Shown piece by piece: positions 19,786 through 28,264 of a stretch of 64,000 nt of DNA. The stretch's first letter is position 1. Each line of letters opens with the position of its first letter. The DNA is from Myxococcota bacterium (GTDB lineage: Bacteria; Myxococcota_A; UBA9160; UBA4427). Position numbers and translations under genes: made by a program. The stretch covers positions 4,736,001 to 4,800,000 of the forward strand of contig OZ252299.1 of NCBI GenBank assembly GCA_965250285.1. The letters are read 5' to 3'. The notes beneath the pieces were generated by a model. It ran no database searches. It worked only from the letters and a program-made list of their open reading frames with translations, and had not been told where the DNA came from.

Positions 19786-21414
19786 ATGACCTTCCCCCCC
19801 AAGGTCTGGAGCGGTGTGCTGCGCCGACTCCAAGAAGAGCTACCTGCGTTCGCATTCGATGCGTGGATCGCCCCGCTTGCCCTGGGCGAGACGCGAAACG
19901 AACACGTCGTTCTGCTCTGCCCGACCTCCTTTCATCGTGATCGCGTTCGCAAGACGCTGCGCTCGCTCATCACCGCGGCCTTCGCCGACGAGCTCGGCCG
20001 GCCTGCGAGCGTCGAGTTCGACATCGGACGTGGCGGGATCGCGGCCGCTTCCCTCATCGACTCGCCCGCTGAATCGCAGGCGGTCGAAGCGCCCCGGGTC
20101 GCCCGAGCGCAGGCGGCTGCGGCCGAGGCGCCTCGTCGAGCGCCGGTGAAGCGGGTGCGCCCGGAGACCGAGGCTCGACGTGCGGTCGGCGCGGGCCCCC
20201 TCGCGCAGATGCTCCAGACCACGACGCAGGGCCTGCGGATCCAGCAGGCCCCCAGCGCGCCGCCCCGACCCCCGACCGAGTCGCGTGCCGAACTGCGAAC
20301 GGGTTCGCCCATCGCGCCCGGTCAGCGCGTGAACGACGGTCCGCCGCGACGGCCACAAGCGCGGCAGGCGCCAGCCGAAGCTCAGCCCGGGCTCCCCTAT
20401 TCGTTCGACAACTTCGTCGTCGGTCCCTGCAACGCCCTCGCCCGCGAGGCGGCGTTCGCCGTGGCGGGCGGCCAGGCCATGCCGCTGAAGCAGCTCTACC
20501 TCGCTTCGCCGCCGGGCCTCGGCAAGACCCATCTCGCCCGCGCCGTGGCGCTCGAGGTCGCGCGACACAACGATCGCCCCGTGCGCTACGCCAGCGCCGA
20601 GCTCTTCACGAGCGAGTTCGTCTCGGCCCTCCGCAACAAGACGACCGCCGAGTTCAAGCGGCGCTACCGGCCCGAACGGGGCGGCCTGCTGGTGCTCGAG
20701 GACGTGCAGTTCCTCGCGGCCAAGAAGGCGACGCAGCTCGAGTTCTTCCACAGCGTCGAGCACGTGCTCGAAGCCGGGGGCCGAGTGCTGCTCACCGGCG
20801 ACCGCATGCCGCAGGACATGGGCGACCTCGACGAGCGGCTCCGCGCGCAGCTCGGCCGGGGCTTCGTCGCGGGACTCGAGGCGCCCGACGCCCACGTCCG
20901 TCGGCAGATCCTCAAGGTCAAGGCGGCGCACGGCGCCATTGCGCTGCCCGACGAATGCCTCGACCTGCTGGTCGAATCGGTGGCGGGCAACGTCCGCGAG
21001 CTCGAAGGCGTATTGATGCAGGTGGTCACCACCTCGACGCTGCTCAAGCGACCGATCGATCTCGATCTGACGAAGCGCGCGATCCAGCAGAAGATGCAGG
21101 TGGTGGCGCCACAGGCGAAGCGCCCCGAGGTCGGCGACGTGCTCGCGGTGGTCGCCTCGTTCTTCAAGACGACACCCGAGCAGCTCGCGGCCCGCAGCCG
21201 GCGGCGCGCCGTTCTCGTCCCCCGGCAGCTGGCGATGTACCTCTGCCACCGTCACACCGACGCGCCGCTCGCCGACATCGGACGCGCCCTCGACCGGGAT
21301 CACCCCGCCGTGCGCAATGCGATCAAGAAGGTCGAGCGCGAGATGCTCGAGAATCCGCGCACGCGCTACCAGATCGAGGCCCTGACCACCCGGATTCTGG
21401 AGCGCACGAACTGA
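19786..21414 (+). CDS. dnaA: DnaA-family replication initiator-like protein (divergent, probable paralog)
   Basis: Domain I (VW..VL..L...FDAWIAPL), long linker, YSFDNFVVGPCN, GLGKTHL, NVRELEG, domain IV PRQLAMYL...IG..RDH; several key residues altered and no adjacent dnaN. Confidence 0.85.
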   Translation: MTFPPKVWSGVLRRLQEELPAFAFDAWIAPLALGETRNEHVVLLCPTSFHRDRVRKTLRSLITAAFADELGRPASVEFDIGRGGIAAASLIDSPAESQAVEAPRVARAQAAAAEAPRRAPVKRVRPETEARRAVGAGPLAQMLQTTTQGLRIQQAPSAPPRPPTESRAELRTGSPIAPGQRVNDGPPRRPQARQAPAEAQPGLPYSFDNFVVGPCNALAREAAFAVAGGQAMPLKQLYLASPPGLGKTHLARAVALEVARHNDRPVRYASAELFTSEFVSALRNKTTAEFKRRYRPERGGLLVLEDVQFLAAKKATQLEFFHSVEHVLEAGGRVLLTGDRMPQDMGDLDERLRAQLGRGFVAGLEAPDAHVRRQILKVKAAHGAIALPDECLDLLVESVAGNVRELEGVLMQVVTTSTLLKRPIDLDLTKRAIQQKMQVVAPQAKRPEVGDVLAVVASFFKTTPEQLAARSRRRAVLVPRQLAMYLCHRHTDAPLADIGRALDRDHPAVRNAIKKVEREMLENPRTRYQIEALTTRILERTN

Positions 21415-21427
21415 GCGCAGGCGGCTC

Positions 21428-21446
21428 CGCTTCGATCATCGAAGCG
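21428..21446. repeat. 19-bp palindrome CGCTTCGAT-C-ATCGAAGCG between convergent dnaA-like and cofH genes (possible terminator or binding site)
   Basis: Perfect 9-bp arms seen directly in sequence. Confidence 0.55.
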
Positions 21447-21486
21447 ATTTGAATCTCGCATTGATGCAGAGTCGGCCGCGCGGGGG

Positions 21487-22731
21487 TCAGCCGCCGCTCG
21501 CGACCTCGCGTCGATGCAGTGGGCCATCGCGCCAGCGCGCGGGCCCCGAGAGCTCGACGCTGCGGGTCGGCTCGAGCGAGGGCGGGTCTTCGGACGGGTC
21601 ATCGAACCGGCGCAGGATCTTGTAGGTCGTCGATCGTTCGACCGGCACGCGCTCGATCTCGCGAATCAGCCGGCGGAACTCTTCGGGCGGGCAATTCTCA
21701 CCGTGCTGGCTGCCCGACTCTCGACTGATCGACTCTTCCATCAGCGTGCCGCCGAAGTCGTCGGCGCCCGCCTGCAGCGCCATCTGCCCCAGCTTCGGTC
21801 CCATCTTCACCCACGAGACCTGGATATGGTCGATCGTTCCGTGGAAGAAGAGCCGGCTGACGGCCACCATGCGCAGGTCTTCCATCATCGAAGCGCCCGG
21901 CCGGCTGCCCATGAAGTTGTAGAGCATGTTGCGCTCGTGGATGAAGCCGAGAGGGACGAACTCGGTGAACCCGCCCGTCTCCTTCTGCAGATCGCGCACG
22001 ATGCCCATGTGGGTCGCGATGTGGTGGGGCTGCTCGATGTGCCCGTACATCACGGTCGACGTCGAGCGCAGCCCGGCGCCGTGCGCCGCCTTGACGATCT
22101 CGACCCAGCGATCGGTCTTCAGCTTGTTCGGCGAGAGCACATCTCGCACCTCGTCGACGAGAATCTCGGCCGCGGTGCCGGGGACGGTGCCGAGGCCGGC
22201 GTCCTTCAGCCATGCCAGGTACTCGTCGAGCTTCATCCCGCTCTTGCGGTGACCGAAGTCGATCTCTTCGGGCGAGTATGCGTGGATGTGCAGGTCGGGA
22301 TAGGCGCCCTTGATCGTCGTCAGGATCTCGCGGTAGTGCTCGTGGGTCTTGTTCGGATGGATGCCACCCTGGATGCAGACCTCGGTCGCCCCGCGCGCAA
22401 TGGCGTCCTCGCACTTGGCGAGAATCACGTCCATCGAGTGATCGAACGACTCTTCGGCGTCGTCCTTGTGGCGCGCGAAGCCGCAGAACGAGCAGCCCAC
22501 GTAGCAGACGTTCGTGAAGTTGATGTTGCGGCACACGACGAAGGTCACGTCGTCGCCCTGCACGACGCGCCGCTGGTGGTCGGCGGCCGCGAGCAACGCG
22601 TGGAAGTCGGGGCCCTTCACGGTCAGCAGGCGTTCGAGCTCGCCGGTCGACATCTCGCGGCCCTCGAGCGAGCGCTCGAGAATGCCGGCGACCTCCGGCG
22701 TGACGGTGCCCAGGATCGATTCGAGACTCAT
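21487..22731 (-). CDS. cofH: FO synthase subunit CofH (radical SAM)
   Basis: NINFTNVCYVGCSFCGF, EVCIQGG, PGTAAEIL, TGGFTEFVPL.F, IQVSWVK.G, GGTLMEESISR; coupled to cofG. Confidence 0.9.
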   Translation of the reverse strand: MSLESILGTVTPEVAGILERSLEGREMSTGELERLLTVKGPDFHALLAAADHQRRVVQGDDVTFVVCRNINFTNVCYVGCSFCGFARHKDDAEESFDHSMDVILAKCEDAIARGATEVCIQGGIHPNKTHEHYREILTTIKGAYPDLHIHAYSPEEIDFGHRKSGMKLDEYLAWLKDAGLGTVPGTAAEILVDEVRDVLSPNKLKTDRWVEIVKAAHGAGLRSTSTVMYGHIEQPHHIATHMGIVRDLQKETGGFTEFVPLGFIHERNMLYNFMGSRPGASMMEDLRMVAVSRLFFHGTIDHIQVSWVKMGPKLGQMALQAGADDFGGTLMEESISRESGSQHGENCPPEEFRRLIREIERVPVERSTTYKILRRFDDPSEDPPSLEPTRSVELSGPARWRDGPLHRREVASGG

Positions 22732-23984
22732 GCGGCTTCCTCCCCGGATGGGGTGTCGGGGCGCTTGGCGAAGCCTTCCGCGTCGAAGAAGCGGGGCATG
22801 GCTTCACGCATCCGAGGATCGTAGAACGCGCTGCGGTCGGGCGTCACCCGGTCGGCGCCGCCCAGCACCCAGTCGGGATAGATCGGGCCGCGGTCGCGCA
22901 GCTCGAGGCCGGCCGCTCGGGTGACCTCGCGCAACAGCGGCAGCGTCGGCCAGGGCGCTTCGGGGTTGATGTAGTCGAGGGTGACCGGCGAGACGCCGCC
23001 CCAGTCGTTGATGCCGGCGCGCAGCAGCTCGGGCAGCACCGTCTCGCCGAGGTTCGGCGGCGCCTGCACGTTCGCATCCGGGCCCATCACCAGCCGGGCG
23101 ATCGCCGTCCAGCCCACCACTTCTTCGTCGCTGAGCGGCGAGACATGCCGCATGCGCGTCCCCGGCTTCGGGTGGAACGGCTGCACGATCAGCTCCTGGA
23201 TGTGGCCGTACGCGTCGTCGATGCGGCGAATCTCTGCGAGGGTCGCCGCGCGCTCGGCGTCGTTCTCGCCGATCCCCATGAGCAGGCCGCTCGTGAACGG
23301 GATCTTCAGCTCGCCGGCCTCTTCGTGCATGCGAATGCGCCGGGCCGGCTCTTTGTCGGGGGCATACTGGTGGGGCATGCCCTTGCCCCGCAGACGCTGG
23401 CTCGTGGTCTCCATCATGAGACCCATCGAGGCATTCCAGGGCCGCAGCCGCTCCATCTCTTCGATCGTCAGGATGCCCGCGTTGGTGTGGGGCAGCATGC
23501 CGCCCTCGAACGCGACGCGACACGCCTCGACGAGCAGATCCGTCGTCGACGCGTAGCCATCCCCCGCGAGCTGCTCGCGATAGCTGCGATAGGCGACTTC
23601 CGGCTTGTCACCGAGGCACATCAGGGCCTCGGTGCAGCCGGTCAGCACGCCGCCGCGTACGACCTCGGCCACCTCGTCGAGGCTGTAGGTGTGGGCTTCG
23701 GCGCTGTCGGGCAGCTTCGCAAAGGTGCAGTAGCTGCAGCGGTTGCGGCAGAGATTCGTGAGTGGAATGAAGACGTTGCGTGAGACCGTGACGACCGAGC
23801 CGCGTCCCTTGCGCGCGCTCTCCCAGGCGGCCTCGACGAGCGGGCGGCGCACCCGCTCATCGCCGACTCGAGCACCGAGGCGCTCGGCCTCGGGCGCTTC
23901 GAGACGGCCCGACGCGAGGGCGTCGTCGAGGATCGATCGAATGTCGTCGTCGCCGAGGGGACGGTCGTCGGAGGGAGCGCTCAC
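22728..23984 (-). CDS. cofG: FO synthase subunit CofG (radical SAM)
   Basis: SRNVFIPLTNLCRNRCSYCTF, GCTEAL..LGDKPE, LPHTNAG, SMGLMME, HIQELIVQ, QAPPNL, DWGGVSPVT.DYINPE.PWP. Confidence 0.93.
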   Translation of the reverse strand: MSAPSDDRPLGDDDIRSILDDALASGRLEAPEAERLGARVGDERVRRPLVEAAWESARKGRGSVVTVSRNVFIPLTNLCRNRCSYCTFAKLPDSAEAHTYSLDEVAEVVRGGVLTGCTEALMCLGDKPEVAYRSYREQLAGDGYASTTDLLVEACRVAFEGGMLPHTNAGILTIEEMERLRPWNASMGLMMETTSQRLRGKGMPHQYAPDKEPARRIRMHEEAGELKIPFTSGLLMGIGENDAERAATLAEIRRIDDAYGHIQELIVQPFHPKPGTRMRHVSPLSDEEVVGWTAIARLVMGPDANVQAPPNLGETVLPELLRAGINDWGGVSPVTLDYINPEAPWPTLPLLREVTRAAGLELRDRGPIYPDWVLGGADRVTPDRSAFYDPRMREAMPRFFDAEGFAKRPDTPSGEEAA

Positions 23985-24229
23985 GGGGGCCCTTCCCGGT
24001 GCAATACGGAGCCGGGCACGATAGCACGCGGGGGGACGCGCCCTCGGGTGATCGGTTGCGATGCCACGCGAATGATCCACTCGAGGGCTGCGATCGGGGC
24101 TCGATCTGCCGGTTGCTGGGGAGGGATTTCATCAAGCCGCGCGCGGATTTGGCCGATTCAGAGGGGGGATCGCCGCGCCTCATCGGGGGCGGCGGAACGC
24201 TCACCCTTGCACCGAGGTCCCCCGGCCCC

Positions 24230-25957
24230 TTGGATCGCGTCTTCACCAGACTCCCGACACGAATCGTCTTCTTCGTGTTCGCCGTCACGCTCTTCACGTC
24301 GTTGACCGTGGCCGGTGTCTCGGTGCGTTCGACCAGTCATTTTCTTCGCGAGAAAATCAACCACCAGTACGAGTCGACCCTGGCCGAAGCGTCGGAGCAG
24401 ATCGAGTCGTGGTACAGCGAGCGACAGGGTGAGCTCGAGGTCTTCACGTCGAGCGACGTCCTCAGTCAGGTGGTGCCTCGCGCGCTCGCGACCCAGGACT
24501 CTCGGCGCAAGCAGCGCGCCACGCGCGAAGCGTCGATGTACCTCCAGTACCTGCTCGACGACTTTCCGCAGTACAGCTCGCTCTTCGTGGTCGCGCCCGA
24601 AGCGAACGGTGAGGTCGCCTTCGCCGTCGGCCACTCGCCCGAGCTCCCGCCTGCCTGGCTCGTCGAGCTCGCTCAGATCGAGACGCCCCAGATCGGCCCC
24701 GTCGCAGAGCTCGGTGGTCGACGCGTCCAGATTGCCTCGGCCCCGATCCTGAACGCCAACGGTGAGCGGCTCGCCACCCTGCACGCCACCCTCCGAGTCA
24801 GTCGACTCTCGCGACTGCTCGACGCGATCGGGACTTCGCAGTTCGGCTCGCTGTCGATCGTCGACGACGAGGGCACGATCCTGGCCTCGAGTCGAGCCCA
24901 GGGGCTCGGACAGCTCTTCGAGGGGCCCCGACTCGCCGGCGGCGCGAATCCCGAGCGCGTGATCTTCAGGGATTACGAGACCGAAGGCGGCGACGCACGC
25001 GTGGGCGGCCTGCTCCCGTTCCCGCGATTCGATTGGACGATCGTCTACGAAGAGCCCTACGCGACGGCCTTCGAGCCCATCGTCGCGGCAATCAGCCGCG
25101 TGATGATCATCAACCTCGCGATCGTCCTCGTGATGTGCATCGCGGCTTTCCGCATCGCCGTCTCGATCGTGCGGCCGATCGAAGCCCTGAGCGACGCCGC
25201 CAGCCGCATTGCCGACGGCGAGAAGGGTGTCGAGATCCCGGCTCAGCAGGGTGACGACGAGGTCGCCGTGCTGTCACGCGTGTTCCGGGGCATGACCACG
25301 ACGCTGACGAGCAATGCCGCCGAGCTCGAGCAGAGCCATGCCACGATCGAGGAGACGGCTGAGCGCCTGCGCCAGAAGAACGAAGAGCTTCAGGAGATGA
25401 ACGAGGTGCTCGAGCAGCTGTCGATCACCGATGGGCTCACGAAGCTGCACAACCACCGCTACTTCCAGGAAGCGCTGACGAGCGAGTGCAAGCGCGCAGA
25501 CCGCACGGGTGAGCCTCTCGCGCTGATCCTGATCGATATCGACGAGTTCAAGAAGTGGAACGACCGGCTCGGCCACGCGGGCGGCGACGAGATCCTGCGC
25601 AAGATGGCGGGGATCTTGAACGACGGAGTCCGCGAAACCGACCTGCTCGCGCGCTACGGCGGCGAAGAGTTCGCGCTGCTCGCGCCCGATACGCACCTGC
25701 TCGGCGCGGCCAAGCTCGGCGAGAAGCTGCGCAACGACATCGCCAGCACGTCGTTCTTCCTCGAGCCGCCGAGTGAGCGATCGCGCGTGACCGTGTCGGT
25801 CGGCGTCGCGATCTATCACGGCGACCGGCGACAGCTCTTCGTCGAAGCCGACCAGGCCCTGTACCGCGCGAAGGATTCGGGGCGTGACTGCGTCATCATC
25901 GCGGAGGTCGACGAGCGCGCGGCATCCGATCACGAAGAAGACATCGAGGACGCCTGA
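24230..25957 (+). CDS. Membrane diguanylate cyclase (Cache-HAMP-GGDEF)
   Basis: Two TMs, HAMP (RPIEALSDAA..DDEVAVL), TDGLTKLHN, I-site RETD and RYGGEEF; start uncertain (TTG 24230). Confidence 0.92.
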   Translation: MDRVFTRLPTRIVFFVFAVTLFTSLTVAGVSVRSTSHFLREKINHQYESTLAEASEQIESWYSERQGELEVFTSSDVLSQVVPRALATQDSRRKQRATREASMYLQYLLDDFPQYSSLFVVAPEANGEVAFAVGHSPELPPAWLVELAQIETPQIGPVAELGGRRVQIASAPILNANGERLATLHATLRVSRLSRLLDAIGTSQFGSLSIVDDEGTILASSRAQGLGQLFEGPRLAGGANPERVIFRDYETEGGDARVGGLLPFPRFDWTIVYEEPYATAFEPIVAAISRVMIINLAIVLVMCIAAFRIAVSIVRPIEALSDAASRIADGEKGVEIPAQQGDDEVAVLSRVFRGMTTTLTSNAAELEQSHATIEETAERLRQKNEELQEMNEVLEQLSITDGLTKLHNHRYFQEALTSECKRADRTGEPLALILIDIDEFKKWNDRLGHAGGDEILRKMAGILNDGVRETDLLARYGGEEFALLAPDTHLLGAAKLGEKLRNDIASTSFFLEPPSERSRVTVSVGVAIYHGDRRQLFVEADQALYRAKDSGRDCVIIAEVDERAASDHEEDIEDA

Positions 25958-25996
25958 GCGGCGCATGCGCCGATCGGTCGACGTGCGTGGCGGCGC

Positions 25997-26665
25997 TCAG
26001 CGCAGCAGGCTGCGATGCACCCAGCCGACGTCGCCCGTCCAGGCCCGCACGAGTACCCAGTCGTCGCGGGTGCTCTCGGTAAACACGGGCATGCCACCCT
26101 GCAGCACCCGCAACACCGGATCGGTCGTCGATGGGCCGGTGCGCATGTTCACGCGGCCGGCCGACACGAAGCGAACGTTCTCCTGGCTGCGCAGCTGTTC
26201 GACTTCGGCTTCAATGTTCTCGGCGTCGCGTTGTGCGCGATAGACGAAGAAGAGCGCCGAGCCGTAGTGTCCTTCGCTGACCTGTCGATCGGCCTCGTCG
26301 AGCTTGCCCATCGCATCGGCGACCTCGGCCGCGCGCCAGGGCGCACGTTCGTGCGCGCGTTCGACCTGGATCCGTGCCTGAGCCAGGCTCGACACCGCAT
26401 CGGCACGCGAGTGCTGCCCCCGCAGCCCCGACTCGGCCTTGACCAGAGCCTCCTGGGCCTGGGCGAGGTCGGCCTGCAGGCGCTCGACCTGCCGGGCGAG
26501 CTTGGCGGCCCGCTCCGTCTCGGCCTTGCGATAGATCTCGATGTCGATCTGTTCGGCGGTGGGGCCCGGCGGCGGGCACGGCGGCGGGCTGGCGCAGCCC
26601 GGTGCGAGGCCAAGCAATGCGAGCGCCGGCCAGGCGAGCAGCGACTTCGACGATCGGACGGGCAT
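25997..26665 (-). CDS. Lipoprotein with coiled coil and C-terminal bacterial SH3 domain
   Basis: LAPGC lipobox-like; VNMRTGPST...DWVLVR....GWVHRSLL. Confidence 0.8.
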   Translation of the reverse strand: MPVRSSKSLLAWPALALLGLAPGCASPPPCPPPGPTAEQIDIEIYRKAETERAAKLARQVERLQADLAQAQEALVKAESGLRGQHSRADAVSSLAQARIQVERAHERAPWRAAEVADAMGKLDEADRQVSEGHYGSALFFVYRAQRDAENIEAEVEQLRSQENVRFVSAGRVNMRTGPSTTDPVLRVLQGGMPVFTESTRDDWVLVRAWTGDVGWVHRSLLR

Positions 26666-26823
26666 CGGGCGCGGCGACTCCAGCCAAGCGAATCCAGACG
26701 AGCGCCCCGAGGGCGCACCACCCTTCTCAATCGACCGGTTCGCCGAACGTCTTGAGCGGCGTGCAGGGCGAGGGTCACCGCGAACGCCAGAAAAGGGGCG
26801 TTCCGCCTACACCCATGCGGCGG

Positions 26824-27813
26824 TCAGCCTCGAGCGCGCCGACGCCGAGATGCGTAGCTCGGCTGAGGCGCCCCTCGCGAGCGTGATGGATCAGCGAGGC
26901 GCGTCTTGTAGCGTCGATGCGACCAGATCCACTGCGCCGGTCGCGCCCGGATCGCGGCCTCGATGACGCGGTTGACCTCTGCCAGCACCGCGTCGACGCG
27001 ATCGTCGCGGGACCGACCCGGCGGCGCGTCATCCGTGTCGACGCGAATCGGCGGCAAGAACTCGACGCGATGGGTGGGGGACGCGTCGACGCGATACGAG
27101 AACGCGGGCAGCAGCGGCACGCCGAGTCGCATCGCCATCACGACCGGGCCCCGCCGCGTGCACGCGGGCGCGCCGAAGAACGGCGCGAAGCTGCCTTCGT
27201 CGAGGCGCGCGTTCTGATCCATCATCGCCACGAGGTGTCGACCGGCGCGCGTCGTCGTGAGCATCTCGCCCGCGCGCGCGCGACCGAGCTCGACCAGCTC
27301 GACGTCGCCCTGCCGCGTGCGCACGTCGCCGAGCCAGGCCGAGAGGCCCGGGCGGCCCAGGCCGTGGTGCACGACGGTCATCGGGTACCCCTCGGCGGCC
27401 ATCGCGGCGAGGCAGAGCTCCCAGTTGCCGGTGTGCGCCGTCACGACGACGACGCCGCGGCCCTCCGGCGCGCAGGCCCGGGCGCGGTCGGCGTGCGCGC
27501 GGCCGGCGATCTCGACCGAGCCCACGAGTCGAGCGCGCTGCTCGGGCGATCCGGCCAGCCACGCGAGCTCGACGAGACTGCGCCCCTGGTGCCGCAGGCT
27601 CTCGCGCCAGATCGCTTCGCGTTCGGCTTCGCTCGCGTCGGGGAACGCGAGGGCGAGGTGGGCGTGCGCGACCGCGCGGCGGCGACCGAGCCAGGGCGCC
27701 ACCACGTCCCCGAAGCGCGCCCCCGCACGCACACCGACGCGAAGCGGGAGCAGGCGCAGAGCCGCCGCGGCGACGCCCGGCCAACGGGCCGGCGGCGCGG
27801 GCGCGGTGCTCAC
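26824..27813 (-). CDS. LpxL/HtrB-family lipid acyltransferase
   Basis: TAHTGNWE, DQN, APFFG, P.QWIWSHRRYKT; GTG overlaps the folB stop. Confidence 0.85.
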   Translation of the reverse strand: MSTAPAPPARWPGVAAAALRLLPLRVGVRAGARFGDVVAPWLGRRRAVAHAHLALAFPDASEAEREAIWRESLRHQGRSLVELAWLAGSPEQRARLVGSVEIAGRAHADRARACAPEGRGVVVVTAHTGNWELCLAAMAAEGYPMTVVHHGLGRPGLSAWLGDVRTRQGDVELVELGRARAGEMLTTTRAGRHLVAMMDQNARLDEGSFAPFFGAPACTRRGPVVMAMRLGVPLLPAFSYRVDASPTHRVEFLPPIRVDTDDAPPGRSRDDRVDAVLAEVNRVIEAAIRARPAQWIWSHRRYKTRLADPSRSRGAPQPSYASRRRRARG

Positions 27814-28187
27814 TCGCCTCGTCGCCGTGTCAGGCGGCAGCCCGTGAAGTCGAGCTCGCTGTCGAGGGGGTTCGGCTTGCGCACCTCGATGCGAATCCAA
27901 TCGAGGGCCGCGAACTGCGTGAACAGGTCGTCGATGATGCGACGCCCGAGGGCCTCGACGAGGGCGTGGTCGCCCGCGCCCGCGACCGCTTCGACACGCT
28001 CGACCACTGCGCCGTAGTCGAGCGTGTCTTCGAGATCGTCGCTGCGACCGGCTGCATCGAGACGGAGGCCGAGCTCGAGATCGATCCGCACCTTTCGGCG
28101 CAGCGCACGCTCTTCGGCCGTGACGCCGAGCGCACACGGAACCCGAATCGCATCGATCAGAATCGCATCGTCGGCTTGCGCGCTCAT
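27810..28187 (-). CDS. folB: Dihydroneopterin aldolase
   Basis: LGVTAEER, AGRSDDLEDTLDY, ALVEAL, VRKPNP. Confidence 0.9.
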   Translation of the reverse strand: MSAQADDAILIDAIRVPCALGVTAEERALRRKVRIDLELGLRLDAAGRSDDLEDTLDYGAVVERVEAVAGAGDHALVEALGRRIIDDLFTQFAALDWIRIEVRKPNPLDSELDFTGCRLTRRRGE

Positions 28188-28264
28188 CTTCGGAGCTCAG
28201 TCGACGGGCACACGATCGGCGCGCATCGCCGCAAGCGACCCCGAGGAGCGCAGCGGCTGACTCT

